This document shows, piece by piece, positions 10,955-20,433 of a stretch of DNA of 20,560 bases. The position numbers and the translations under genes are program-made. Where the stretch lies: positions 1-20,560 of the forward strand of contig JANMQY010000129.1 in NCBI GenBank assembly GCA_031370785.1, given 5' to 3'. The stretch is from Candidatus Eiseniibacteriota bacterium (GTDB lineage Bacteria > Eisenbacteria > RBG-16-71-46). Within the stretch, counting starts at the first letter, position 1, and the number at the start of each line of letters is the position of its first letter. The notes below the pieces were generated by a model that saw only the letters and a program-made list of their open reading frames with translations, was not told the DNA's origin and did not search any database.

Positions 10955-12076
10955 ATGGCCAAAGTAGCCGTCCTTCGCACCTCCCCTGAAACCGTGGTCG
11001 AGGACTATGGCCGCCTGATGGACCTCGCGAACTATCGCGAGGCGCTTCCCTTCTCCGCCCAGACCTGCCTGCGCATCAACATTTCTTGGCACGTGTACAT
11101 GCCCGCCTGCTCGACGACGCCCTGGCAGATGCACGGCGTGATCGAGAAGCTGAAGAAGGACAACTACGACGTCGCGCGCAACCTGATCGCCGCGCAGAAC
11201 GACACCGTCGTGGTCAGCTGTCGCGAGGGCACGATCCAGAATCATCTGGCGCCGGTGCTCGAGCGCTACAAGGTGCCGATCCAGTACCTGAGCGAGCCGC
11301 CCACCGAATGGGTGCGCTACCAGCCCAAGGGCAAGATGCTCGTGCTCGACCGCGTGTTCGAGAAGGACGGCATCCAGATTCCGAAGCTGCTCATCGGCAA
11401 GAACGTGATCCACATGCCGACGGTCAAGACTCACGTCTTCACCGGCACGACCGGCTCGATGAAGAACGCGTTCGGCGGTCTGCTGAATCTGAACCGCCAC
11501 TGGACGCACTCGGTGATCCACGAGACGCTCGTCGACCTGCTGCGTATCCAGAAGGAGATCCACCCCGGCGTGTTCGCGGTGATGGACGGGACCATCGCCG
11601 GCGAGGGACCGGGTCCGCGCGCGATGCGCCCCCACGTCAAGAACTACATCCTCGCCTCGGATGACTGCGTGGCGATCGATGCGATCGCTGCCAAGATGAT
11701 GGGCTTCGATCCCATGACCGATCTCAAGTTCATCCGTCTCGCGCACGAGAACGGACTGGGCGTGGGACGTCCCGAGGAGATCGAGATCGTCGGCGACGAC
11801 ATCCGGAACGTGAACTTCGGATTCCGCGGCAGTCTCAGCGAGAACACCTTTGCGTCGTGGGGACAGAAGCTCATTTACTGGGGCCCGCTCAAGTTCATGG
11901 AGAACGCTCTGCTGCGCTCTCCGATCGTGCCGTGGTCCTATGCGGCATCGCGTCTGTATCACGACGGATACTGGTACCCGGTGAACGGCAAGCCGCGCGT
12001 TCGCGAGATCATGAAAACCGGCTGGGGCGATCTGTTCACGCGTTACGGAAATGGCGGCGTGTTCCAGAAAACCTAG
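10955..12076 (+). CDS. DUF362 domain protein, 373 aa
   Basis: GAGGA RBS at 10946-10950; MPTVKTH...TGSMKNAFG, VMDGTIAGEGPGP and ILASDDCVAIDA...MMGFDP are DUF362 motifs. Confidence 0.88.
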   Translation: MAKVAVLRTSPETVVEDYGRLMDLANYREALPFSAQTCLRINISWHVYMPACSTTPWQMHGVIEKLKKDNYDVARNLIAAQNDTVVVSCREGTIQNHLAPVLERYKVPIQYLSEPPTEWVRYQPKGKMLVLDRVFEKDGIQIPKLLIGKNVIHMPTVKTHVFTGTTGSMKNAFGGLLNLNRHWTHSVIHETLVDLLRIQKEIHPGVFAVMDGTIAGEGPGPRAMRPHVKNYILASDDCVAIDAIAAKMMGFDPMTDLKFIRLAHENGLGVGRPEEIEIVGDDIRNVNFGFRGSLSENTFASWGQKLIYWGPLKFMENALLRSPIVPWSYAASRLYHDGYWYPVNGKPRVREIMKTGWGDLFTRYGNGGVFQKT

Positions 12077-12197
12077 CCGCGCGCACGCTCTCGGGGAGAG
12101 CCCCTCTCCTCCGCCGAGCCTGCTGCGGAGCGTCGATCATGGTGATGTCCCTCTCGATTGTCTGCGTTCCACCCGGGCCGCCTCGTGGCGGTCGGAG

Positions 12198-15100
12198 ATG
12201 ACGCGTCGCAAAGAGGCGCAGACCGGCCACGCACCCGGCGTGGCCAGCGCCCCGGCGCGTCCCGGAGCGCCCCCGAAGGAGCCAGATCCCGCGCAGGAGC
12301 GGGAGCTGCAGGTCGCGAACGAGGCGCTGAACGAGCTGACGGCGCGCTACCGCGCGCTGTTCGACACCAATCCGCAGCCGATCCTCGTGTGGGATCTCGA
12401 GACGCTGCGCATCCTCGATGCGAATGACGCCGCGATCCGTCGCTACGGCTGGACGCTCGAGGAATTCCGCAAGATCACGCTGAAGGACGTGCGCCCGCCC
12501 GAGACCGTGCCGAGACTGATCAAGTGGCTCGCACAGAACCACGAGGGCATCACCCGCTCCGGCATCTTCCGTCACCACACCAAGAGCGGCGAAGAGTTCG
12601 ATGCCGAGGTGATCTCGCATCCACTCACTTTCTCCGGCCGGATGGCGCGTCTCTCGGTGGTCAGCGATGTCACCGAGCGCGTGCACAGCGAGGCGGTGCT
12701 GCGCGCCAGCGAAGCACATCTGCGCTCGATCCTCGACTCTGCGCTGGATGCGGTGGTCGGCATGGACGAGAGCGGGCTGATCACGTTCTGGAGCCCGAGC
12801 GCCGAACGCATGTTCGGCTGGCCGCGCGATGAGGCGCTTGGCAAGGTGCTCGCCGACCTGATCGTTCCCGAGCGTTATCGCAAGGCGCATGTGAAGGGGA
12901 TCCGGCGCTTTCTCGAGACCGGCGATGGCCCGGTCCTCGGCCGCCGAATCGAGATGGCCGGGCTGAATAGCCGCGGCGAGGAATTCCCGATCGAGCTGAT
13001 GATCACCGCGCTGCGCAGCGACGGGAGCTGGTCCTTCACCGCGTTCTGCACGGATCTGTCGGAGCGGCGACGCACCGAGGTCGAGATCCGCCGCTACGCC
13101 GACATCGTGCGCAACATTCCGATTGGACTGACCGTGCTTTGTCTCGAAGATCGCAACGACGCGAACAGCTTCCGCATGCTCGCGCGCAATCCGGCGGGTT
13201 CGCGCCTCGCGCCCGGCCGCGACGAGGAGGTCCTGAACCGGCGCGTCGTCGACCTGCCGCCCGAGATCGTGAACACGGACGTGCTGGAGCAGTACCGCGA
13301 CGTCGTGCTCACCGGCATCGGGCGCGACCTCGGCGATTTTCAGTTCAATGCTCGCGAAGGCGGAAAGCGACTGTTTGCCCTCAGGGCTTTCCCGCTTCCC
13401 AACGATTGCGTCGGGGTCGCGTACGAAGACGTCACCGAGCGCCGGCAGGCCGAGGAATCACGTTCCAGGCTCGCGGCGATCGTCGAATCCTCCGATGACG
13501 CGATCGTCTCGACCGATCTCGAAAACGTCATCCAGACATGGAACCCGGGCGCCGAGCACATTTTCGGCTACTCCGCCGAAGAGATGATCGGGCGCAACTC
13601 CGCGTTCCTGATTCCCGACGACCGGATCGCGGAGCTGGAGGGCGCGATCGAACGCCTGATGGGTGGCGAAGGCTTCGAGGTGCTCGAGACCGAGCGGCTG
13701 CGCCGCGACGGCACGCCGGTCGTGGTCTCGCTGATACTTTCGCCGATCCGCGATGCGTTCGGACGCCTGATCGGCACCTCGGCGTTCATGCGCGATCTCA
13801 CCGTCGGCAAGCGCTCCGAGAAGGAGCTTCGCGAGTCGGAGGCGCGCTACCGCCAGCTGTTCGAAACCGCGCCGGTCGGTATCTTCCAGTCCGCTCGCGA
13901 CGGAACCCTGATGACCGCGAACGAGGAGCTGGCGCGCCTGCTGGGATACGACTCGGTAGTGGAGCTGATGGGGCGAAACCTCACCGAGATCTACTACGAT
14001 CCCGAGCAGCGCGAGGCGGCGATCCGTGCCTATCCGCCCTTCGGGCAGGTGGCCGAGCTCGAGCTGACCTGGAAGCGGCGCGACGGCACGCCGGTCCAGG
14101 TTCAGCTGAACGTGCGCGCCGTGAAGGACGAGCTCGGAGAAACCCGTTACTTCGAGGGCTTCGTGCGCGATGTCACCCAGCGCGTGCGGCTCGAAGAGCA
14201 GTTGCGCCAGTCGCAGAAGATGGAGGCGATCGGGCGGCTCGCCGGCGGCATCGCGCACGATTTCAACAACCTGCTCACCGCGATTCTGGGCTACAGCGAT
14301 CTCGCGCTCGCCGAGGTGAACGAAAGCGCGTCGCTCCAGTTCATGCTCAGCGAGATCCGCAATGCGGGCGAGCGCGCCGCCGCGTTGACCCGGCAGCTGC
14401 TCGCGTTCAGCCGGCGCCAGGTCCTCCAGCCGCAGATCCTCGATCTCAATGCGGTGGTGCAGGACATCCTGCAGATGCTGCATCGCCTGATCGGCGAGGA
14501 TGTCCGCCTGGTCACGCGCCTCGATCCGGCGCTCGAGCCGGTTCAGGCGGACCCCGGCCAGCTCCAGCAGGTGCTGCTCAACCTCGCGGTCAATGCGCGC
14601 GATGCCATGCCGGAGGGCGGAGATCTCACGCTCGAAACCGGCAATCTGGTTCTCGATGAAGTCGACGCGCGGGCCTACCCCGGTGCGGCCCCCGGAGCCT
14701 ATGTCCGGCTCTCGGTGACCGACACCGGCATCGGAATGGACTCGGCGACGCTGGCTCGCGTGTTCGAGCCGTTCTTCACCACCAAGGAACCGGGCAAGGG
14801 CACGGGCCTGGGGCTGTCGACCGTCTACGGAATCGTGCAGCAGACCGGCGGTCAGATCGGGGTGCGCAGCGCGCCGGGAGAGGGCGCCACGTTCGACATC
14901 CTCCTGCCGCGCGCCGACGCCACGCCGATCGAGGCATCCTCGGCGCGGGAAGGCGAGACCCACGTTCCGTCTGGCTCGGGCACCGTTCTTCTGGCCGAGG
15001 ACGAGGTCGCGGTGCGCGGCTTGATCTGCGGAATCCTCGAGTCGGACGGCTACAAGGTCATCGAGAGCGCGAGCGCGTCGGAAGCGCTCGCCAAGTCGCG

Positions 15101-15350
15101 CGCGCATGAAGGCCCGATCCGGCTGTTCCTGACCGATCTCATCATGCCCGGGGCGAGCGTCACCGAGGTCGTGGCGCAGCTGCGCAAGGAGCGACCCGAG
15201 ATGAAATTCGTGTACATGTCCGGCTACACCGAGCTGGCGGCCGGCCGTCCGCGGGCGCTCGAGGCCGGCACCACGTTCATCCAGAAGCCGTTCATGCGAG
15301 CGGGGCTGCTCGCGGTGGTGAAGACCACGCTCGAGAAGGAAGCGAGCTGA
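12198..15350 (+). CDS. Cytoplasmic hybrid sensor histidine kinase (5 PAS + HisKA + HATPase + receiver; CckA-like); start uncertain
   Basis: Five PAS/PAC units ending DVTER, DLSER, DVTER, DLTVG, DVTQR. H-box [12 protein letters not shown]-box [30 protein letters not shown]. Receiver EDE...TDLIMPG...SGY...KPF. No transmembrane segment seen. Confidence 0.95.
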   Translation: MTRRKEAQTGHAPGVASAPARPGAPPKEPDPAQERELQVANEALNELTARYRALFDTNPQPILVWDLETLRILDANDAAIRRYGWTLEEFRKITLKDVRPPETVPRLIKWLAQNHEGITRSGIFRHHTKSGEEFDAEVISHPLTFSGRMARLSVVSDVTERVHSEAVLRASEAHLRSILDSALDAVVGMDESGLITFWSPSAERMFGWPRDEALGKVLADLIVPERYRKAHVKGIRRFLETGDGPVLGRRIEMAGLNSRGEEFPIELMITALRSDGSWSFTAFCTDLSERRRTEVEIRRYADIVRNIPIGLTVLCLEDRNDANSFRMLARNPAGSRLAPGRDEEVLNRRVVDLPPEIVNTDVLEQYRDVVLTGIGRDLGDFQFNAREGGKRLFALRAFPLPNDCVGVAYEDVTERRQAEESRSRLAAIVESSDDAIVSTDLENVIQTWNPGAEHIFGYSAEEMIGRNSAFLIPDDRIAELEGAIERLMGGEGFEVLETERLRRDGTPVVVSLILSPIRDAFGRLIGTSAFMRDLTVGKRSEKELRESEARYRQLFETAPVGIFQSARDGTLMTANEELARLLGYDSVVELMGRNLTEIYYDPEQREAAIRAYPPFGQVAELELTWKRRDGTPVQVQLNVRAVKDELGETRYFEGFVRDVTQRVRLEEQLRQSQKMEAIGRLAGGIAHDFNNLLTAILGYSDLALAEVNESASLQFMLSEIRNAGERAAALTRQLLAFSRRQVLQPQILDLNAVVQDILQMLHRLIGEDVRLVTRLDPALEPVQADPGQLQQVLLNLAVNARDAMPEGGDLTLETGNLVLDEVDARAYPGAAPGAYVRLSVTDTGIGMDSATLARVFEPFFTTKEPGKGTGLGLSTVYGIVQQTGGQIGVRSAPGEGATFDILLPRADATPIEASSAREGETHVPSGSGTVLLAEDEVAVRGLICGILESDGYKVIESASASEALAKSRAHEGPIRLFLTDLIMPGASVTEVVAQLRKERPEMKFVYMSGYTELAAGRPRALEAGTTFIQKPFMRAGLLAVVKTTLEKEAS

Positions 15351-15371
15351 GCCGCGCGGCCGCGGGAGCGG

Positions 15372-17111
15372 TCAGCGCACCACGACGAAGCGCCGCACGG
15401 ATGTGATTGCTCCGGCGCGAACGCTTGCGAGATAGACCCCGGGACGCGCCGGTGCGCCCGCAGCGGTCACTCCCGGCCACAGCAGCTCGCAGCGGCCCGT
15501 GGCGAAATCGCGCGCGGGAGAGCGCCAGATCGAGCGCCCGGCGAGATCGCACACCTCGAACGAGACGCGGGACGCCGTCGCGAGATCGAGCGCGAAGGCG
15601 ACCGCGCCTCGCGTCGGGTTCGGGCGCGGCGGCGCGAGCGCCAGTCGCGCGGGAGCGCTCAGCGGGCCGACCGCAACCGGCAGGGTGTAGCGGATCCGCT
15701 GGACCTGACCGGTGTAGATCGAAACGTAGAACATGTCGCCGCTGACCGGATCGACCGCGAAGCACACCGGTCCGCCCGCCTCGACCGCGAAGTCGTACCG
15801 GTCGACCACGCGATCGCTCGCGTCGGTGGCGAGCACCTGAATCCAGTCGTGGCCATAGTCGCCGAAGAAATAGCCCTGACGGAATGCGGCCGGGTAGGTC
15901 GTGCCCGAGTAGAACGTGCCGCCGGTCAGAACCCCTCCGAGGTAACCCGCGGGCACGCTCTGTGCCGAGTCGGAGTGGTGATAGGCCACGGTCGGGAGGG
16001 TCGGGGTCGCGGGATCGATCGCGGTGCCGATCGAATCGCACGGATGGTGGGTGGGATGAACGGCGCGATAGGCGGGCTGCGCGTGCGGCCCTTCGTCGCA
16101 CGGCCATCCGAAGTTGAGGCCGCTCGAGCGCGCCACGTTCACTTCCTCCCACGAGTTCCATCCCACATCGCCGACGTAGAGCGTGCCGGGATTCCCCGCG
16201 GCGGGATCGCTCGATCCGGTCCCTGGCCTGCGCGCGATGCGGAACGGATTGCGCAGGCCGTAGCACCACACCCGCGAACGATGCGATGACGGGTCGCCGT
16301 CGAAGTAGGGATTGCTCGCGAGACCCATGCCGGTCGCGGGGTCGACGCGCAGCACTTTTCCGTCGAGGCTGTTCAGGTCCTGGGCGCGGAACGCGCCGAT
16401 GTCCTCGAGCGGGTCGGTACGCTCGGGCCCGAACAGGCCCGGATCGAGGCCACCCGCGTCCGGCTGGGTGAAGTGCGCGCCCTCCCCGGCCGAGACGAAC
16501 AGAGTGCCGTCGCGACCCCATTCGAGGTCGGCGATCGTGTGCGAGCCCGAGCCCGAGGCGAAACCCTCGCGCCAGTTGCGACCGATGAGCACCTTGCGCG
16601 TGGATTCGTCGACCACCGTGGGGCCGTACGCGGTGACCTGGTAGCGCACCAGCCGGCCGAAGGCGTCGTTGTAGTTGTCGAGCTCGATGCCGTTCGAATC
16701 CGGATCCACCGTGTAGAGAAAATAGACGAACCGATTCGTGTCGAAGTGCGGGTCGACCGCGATCGCAAGCAGTCCGCGGTCGTCGGTATTCAGCACCTCC
16801 GCTTCGTGGACCCACAGTGGATGGCGCGTGACGCCGTCGACGAGGTACACGATGCCGCCCTTCTCAGCGACGAGCAGGCGCCCATCGGGGAGGAACGCGA
16901 TCGCGGTTGGCACGTCGAACACAAACGGCACCGGGTCGAGAACGAAGCCCGGAGGAAGCGTGGCCGCATGACCGGCGCGAGGAAGCGCGAGCGTGGTCGC
17001 GCCGAGGACGGCGGCCAGTATCGCGACCTGACGCACGGCACGACACAGCCAGGGCCAACGGCGGAATGGAACCGGCAGATCGGTGGCGGGCAAAACGGGT
17101 TCTGGAGGCAT
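15372..17111 (-). CDS. Secreted PQQ-dependent glucose/sorbosone dehydrogenase family beta-propeller with FlgD-Ig/T9SS-like C-terminal domain; start ATG 17111 or GTG 17036
   Basis: Signal-like RQVAILAAVLGATTLALPRAGHA; LPPGF, RGLLAIAVDP, GKVLRVDP, GLRNPFR, GDVGWNSWEEVN, NFGWP, FGDY; C-terminal PNPT...DLAGR...W...GVY. Confidence 0.88.
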   Translation of the reverse strand: MPPEPVLPATDLPVPFRRWPWLCRAVRQVAILAAVLGATTLALPRAGHAATLPPGFVLDPVPFVFDVPTAIAFLPDGRLLVAEKGGIVYLVDGVTRHPLWVHEAEVLNTDDRGLLAIAVDPHFDTNRFVYFLYTVDPDSNGIELDNYNDAFGRLVRYQVTAYGPTVVDESTRKVLIGRNWREGFASGSGSHTIADLEWGRDGTLFVSAGEGAHFTQPDAGGLDPGLFGPERTDPLEDIGAFRAQDLNSLDGKVLRVDPATGMGLASNPYFDGDPSSHRSRVWCYGLRNPFRIARRPGTGSSDPAAGNPGTLYVGDVGWNSWEEVNVARSSGLNFGWPCDEGPHAQPAYRAVHPTHHPCDSIGTAIDPATPTLPTVAYHHSDSAQSVPAGYLGGVLTGGTFYSGTTYPAAFRQGYFFGDYGHDWIQVLATDASDRVVDRYDFAVEAGGPVCFAVDPVSGDMFYVSIYTGQVQRIRYTLPVAVGPLSAPARLALAPPRPNPTRGAVAFALDLATASRVSFEVCDLAGRSIWRSPARDFATGRCELLWPGVTAAGAPARPGVYLASVRAGAITSVRRFVVVR

Positions 17112-17247
17112 GGGCTCCAAATGGAAGGGAGCGATTCTCGGGCCAATCGAGCCGACCGGGTTGCTCCCTCTGAATGCTGCCGCGGGCTTGCGACCTGCAC
17201 GTTTCCTCGCTGCAGCGGAGGGGAGATGCAGCTGCCCGAACGCCGGC

Positions 17248-17262
17248 GCGAAACCCATGCCC
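17248..17262 (-). promoter_or_regulatory. Candidate sigma54 (-24/-12) promoter for the PQQ dehydrogenase gene
   Basis: Minus strand GGGCATGGGTTTCGC has correct GG-N10-GC spacing and a GGCA.G...TTTCGC shape. Confidence 0.3.
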
Positions 17263-17296
17263 GGTCGCGGCAACATGGCCTGCGCGCGTTCACCCC

Positions 17297-17752
17297 CTAA
17301 GGCGGGGCAATCCCCCCGCGCGAGCCCGCGCCCGGCGGGTTCTGGCAGAGCTCTACCAGCACTCCGCCGAGACTCCTGGGGTGAAGAAACGCGACCTGGC
17401 TGCCGTGCGCGCCGGCTCGCGGAGCGCTGTCGATGAGCCGTACGCCGGCCGCGCGGCAGCGTTCGAGCGCATCCGCGAGATCGGTCACGTGGAGGCTCAC
17501 GTGATGGAGCCCGGGTCCGCGCGTCTCGAGGAACTTCGCGACGGTGTGCTCCGCCGATCGAGGCTCGAGCAGCTCGAGCGTTACCGGGCCGAGGCGCACG
17601 AAGACCACGCGCAGCGCGCCTCCATCGATCAGCTCCTCGCCGCCGCGCTCGGCGCCCAGCGCGGCGACCAGCAACGCCACCAGCGGGTCCGCATCGCGCA
17701 CCGCGATCGCCAGGTGCGAGAGGCCGCTCACGGGGGGACTCGGATCGCTCAC
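17297..17752 (-). CDS. mce: Methylmalonyl-CoA epimerase (VOC fold), 151 aa
   Basis: SHLAIAV, LELLEP, KFLETRGPGLHHV, FLHPRSLGGVLVELCQ. GTG start overlaps the mutase stop (GTGA). Confidence 0.94.
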   Translation of the reverse strand: MSDPSPPVSGLSHLAIAVRDADPLVALLVAALGAERGGEELIDGGALRVVFVRLGPVTLELLEPRSAEHTVAKFLETRGPGLHHVSLHVTDLADALERCRAAGVRLIDSAPRAGAHGSQVAFLHPRSLGGVLVELCQNPPGAGSRGGIAPP

Positions 17753-19539
17753 GATCGGGCTCCCGGGCGATAGCTGCCCCAGACCTCGCGCAGCGTGTCG
17801 CACACTTCGCCGAGGGTCGCGTGATGCGTCAGCGCCGCGAGAATCAGCGGCACCAGGTTTTCGCTGCCGCGTGCGGCGCGGCCCAGGCGCGCCAGCGATT
17901 CCGCGAACGGCGCGGCTTCACGCTGGCCGCGCCAGTGCCCAAGAAACGCGGCGCGCGCATCCTCGACCTCGGGATCGGGCGTGAACGGCGGAGCCGTGGC
18001 CGGCGAATCGTCGGCGAATCGATTCACGCCCACCACGATCCGCTCGCCGGACTCCACCTCACGCTGCCAGCGGTACGCCGCCTCGTGAATCTGCTGCTGC
18101 ACCCAGCCGGACTCGATCGCGGCCAGCATGCCGCCCATCGCATCGACGCGCTTCAGCAGCTCCCGCGCGCGTTTTTCCAGATCGGCGGTGAGCGCCTCGA
18201 CGAAGTAGCTCCCGGCCAGCGGATCAGCGGTATCGGGAATCCCGCTCTCGTGTGCCAGGACCTGCTGGGTGCGCAGCGCGAGCACTGCGGCGTCGCGCGA
18301 GGGCAGGCCCAGCGCCTCGTCGAACGAATTGGTGTGCAGCGACTGGGTGCCGCCGAGAACCGCGGCCAGTCCCTGAAGCGTGGTGCGCACCACGTTGTTG
18401 AGGGGCTGCTGCGCGGTGAGCATGGATCCCGCGGTCTGAGTGTGGAAGCGCAGCTTGAGCGCCTCCTGGTCGGTGATCCCGAAGCGCTCGCGCAGCAGGG
18501 TCGCCCACAGGCGGCGCGCGGCGCGAAACTTCGCGACCTCTTCGAAGAGATGGTTGTGCGCGTTGAAGAAGAACGAGAGGCGCGGCGCGATGCGAGCCAG
18601 GTCCAGCTTGCGCGCGCGCGCGGCCTCGAGATAGGCGAGCGCGTTGCCGAGCGTGAAGGCCAGCTCCTGCGCCGCGGTCGCTCCGGCCTCGCGCATGTGG
18701 TAGCCGCTCACCGAGATGCTGTTCCACTGCGGCACCTGGCCCGCGGTGAACTCGAACACGTCAGTGATGAGCCGCAGCGAGGGCCCGGGCGGGTAGATGT
18801 AGGTGCCGCGCGCGACGTATTCCTTGAGCACGTCGTTCTGCACCGTGCCGCCGAGCCGCGCGCGCGGGATGCCGCGCGCGTCCGCGACCGCGACGTAGAA
18901 CGCCAGCAGCAGCGGCGCCGTGGCGTTGATGGTCATCGAGGCGGTCACGCGCTCGAGCGGCAGGTCCGCGAGCAGCGCCTCCATGTCGGCCAGGCACGAG
19001 ATCGCCACGCCCACCTTGCCGACCTCGCCGCGCGCGAGCGGCGCGTCGGAGTCCATCCCCATCTGGGTCGGCAGGTCGAACGCCACCGACAGCCCGGTCT
19101 GGCCCTGTGCCAGCAGGTAGCGGAAGCGCTCGTTGGTCTGCGCCGCGCTGCCGAAGCCCGCGTACTGGCGCATCGTCCACAGCCGCGCGCGGTACATGCC
19201 GGCATGGATGCCCCGCGTGTAGGGCGGCACCCCCGGCAGCGGCGCCCGCCGCGCCAGATCGCGCGGCAGATCGCCCGCCGAATAGACCGCCGCAATCGGG
19301 ATCCCAGAAGATGTCGAGCGGGGTTCCAGAGCGGCGTTCCGGCGGAGTCGGCGGGGGTCCGGCCCAACGGGGCTGGAGCGCAGGGGAGGTCTTTTGGGGG
19401 AGGCAGGGGCGACGGGGCCCCCGCGAGGATAGGACCCCCGCCGACTCCGCTTGGCTCCGCCCGCCTTGGCTTCCGTCCGCTCGCCGCGCAAAGCTTCCGA
19501 CTTCCGAACCTCGTTCGAGGTCGCGCGCCGCTTCTTCAC
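17749..19539 (-). CDS. Methylmalonyl-CoA mutase, large (substrate-binding) subunit without a B12-binding domain
   Basis: PYTRGIH, WTMRQYAG, LSVAFDLPTQMG, SMTINA, QNDVLKEYVARGTY, SGYHMREAG, FHTQT, QSLHTN. Ends at ATLGEVCDTLREVWG with no DxHxxG motif. GGAGG precedes GTG 19539. Confidence 0.95.
   Translation of the reverse strand: MKKRRATSNEVRKSEALRGERTEAKAGGAKRSRRGSYPRGGPVAPASPKRPPLRSSPVGPDPRRLRRNAALEPRSTSSGIPIAAVYSAGDLPRDLARRAPLPGVPPYTRGIHAGMYRARLWTMRQYAGFGSAAQTNERFRYLLAQGQTGLSVAFDLPTQMGMDSDAPLARGEVGKVGVAISCLADMEALLADLPLERVTASMTINATAPLLLAFYVAVADARGIPRARLGGTVQNDVLKEYVARGTYIYPPGPSLRLITDVFEFTAGQVPQWNSISVSGYHMREAGATAAQELAFTLGNALAYLEAARARKLDLARIAPRLSFFFNAHNHLFEEVAKFRAARRLWATLLRERFGITDQEALKLRFHTQTAGSMLTAQQPLNNVVRTTLQGLAAVLGGTQSLHTNSFDEALGLPSRDAAVLALRTQQVLAHESGIPDTADPLAGSYFVEALTADLEKRARELLKRVDAMGGMLAAIESGWVQQQIHEAAYRWQREVESGERIVVGVNRFADDSPATAPPFTPDPEVEDARAAFLGHWRGQREAAPFAESLARLGRAARGSENLVPLILAALTHHATLGEVCDTLREVWGSYRPGARS
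19342..19450. repeat. Perfect 19-bp inverted repeat inside the 5' extension of the mutase gene
   Basis: GCGGAGTCGGCGGGGGTCC (19342-19360) is the exact reverse complement of GGACCCCCGCCGACTCCGC (19432-19450); spacer 71 nt. Confidence 0.9.
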
Positions 19540-20069
19540 GCCCCCTCCGGCCGGATCCGCAGCAGCGCCTGCCCTGCGCTCACGGTCGCGCGCTCGGCGA
19601 CCAGCAGCTCGCTCACGACGCCGCCGTGGCGGGCCGTGAGCTCGTTCTGCATCTTCATCGCCTCGACCACCGCCACCGCCTGTCCCGCGGCCACCCGCTC
19701 GCCCGCCTTGACCCGGTAGGCGACCAGCAACCCGGGCATCGGCGCCTGGACGGTCTCGACGCTCTGGGCGGCCGCGGCGCGGCGCACCGCCTGGAGCACC
19801 TTTTCGATCGGGTGACGCACCTCGACCGGAAAGGTCGCGCCCTCGAGGGTCACGCTGAGCGCGCCCGAGCCGGCCTCGCCCCAGGGCGCGTCCTCGACCC
19901 GCACTTCGTGCGAGCGCCCGTTCACGATCAGCGAGTAGACCTCGCCATCGGGCAGCCGGTGGAAATCGGCTTCGAGGCGGCGGCCCTCGACTTCGAGCAC
20001 CAGGCGGTCACCTTCGGTCTGAAACTCGACCTCGGCGTCCCGGCCCTCGAGCGTCACCCAGAGCTTCAT
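19536..20069 (-). CDS. Biotin carboxyl carrier subunit of an acyl-CoA (probably propionyl-CoA) carboxylase, 177 aa
   Basis: APMPG and EAMKM biotinylation motif; N-terminal beta-rich region (YSLIVNGRSHEV); directly upstream of the mutase and epimerase. Confidence 0.92.
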   Translation of the reverse strand: MKLWVTLEGRDAEVEFQTEGDRLVLEVEGRRLEADFHRLPDGEVYSLIVNGRSHEVRVEDAPWGEAGSGALSVTLEGATFPVEVRHPIEKVLQAVRRAAAAQSVETVQAPMPGLLVAYRVKAGERVAAGQAVAVVEAMKMQNELTARHGGVVSELLVAERATVSAGQALLRIRPEGA

Positions 20070-20088
20070 CGCCCCGGCCCTGTCGCGC

Positions 20089-20433
20089 TCACGCCGTGAA
20101 CCACGGCGCCCACCAGCCCGCCGAAGCACCCGCCCGCGCGCCCCCCACGATCCGCTGCTTGAGCCCCACGACCGAGGCCTGCGCCCCCACCGCGTAGCAG
20201 CACAGCAGCACGCCGAAGGCGAGCACGACGAAGAAGCGCGGGATCGTGAAGCTCGGTTCGGAGTAGGCGGCGGCGTAGAACGACAGAACCTCCGCCGCGA
20301 TCAGCGCCGACCAGCGCGGTTCGAACTTGAACCACTGCCTCAGCGTGTTGGCGATCGCCAGCACCGCCGTCGAAGCGACCGCGAAGCATGCGATGAATCC
20401 CCAGTTGAACACGTCCTGGAATCCTCGTTCCAT
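20089..20433 (-). CDS. Small hypothetical membrane protein, 114 aa, about 3 transmembrane segments
   Basis: AAGGAGG Shine-Dalgarno (20448-20442) 8 nt before ATG 20433; three hydrophobic segments; G/C-ending codons. Confidence 0.8.
   Translation of the reverse strand: MERGFQDVFNWGFIACFAVASTAVLAIANTLRQWFKFEPRWSALIAAEVLSFYAAAYSEPSFTIPRFFVVLAFGVLLCCYAVGAQASVVGLKQRIVGGARAGASAGWWAPWFTA

Noticed and set aside
12051..12197. Upstream in-frame extensions in the ORF track (kinase 12051, also 2855, 5777, 7003, 7863, 9526, 17276, 17803, 20129)
   Set aside because: They overlap neighbouring genes or promoter regions; downstream starts fit RBS, coupling and domain boundaries better.
19383..19400. CCAAAAGACCTCCC on the minus strand resembles the B12 box of cobalamin riboswitches, near the 5' end of a B12 enzyme gene
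   Set aside because: The upstream GGGAA / GGTG-AA-TCC / ACTG core elements are absent and the site is inside the coding sequence. An Rfam scan would settle it.
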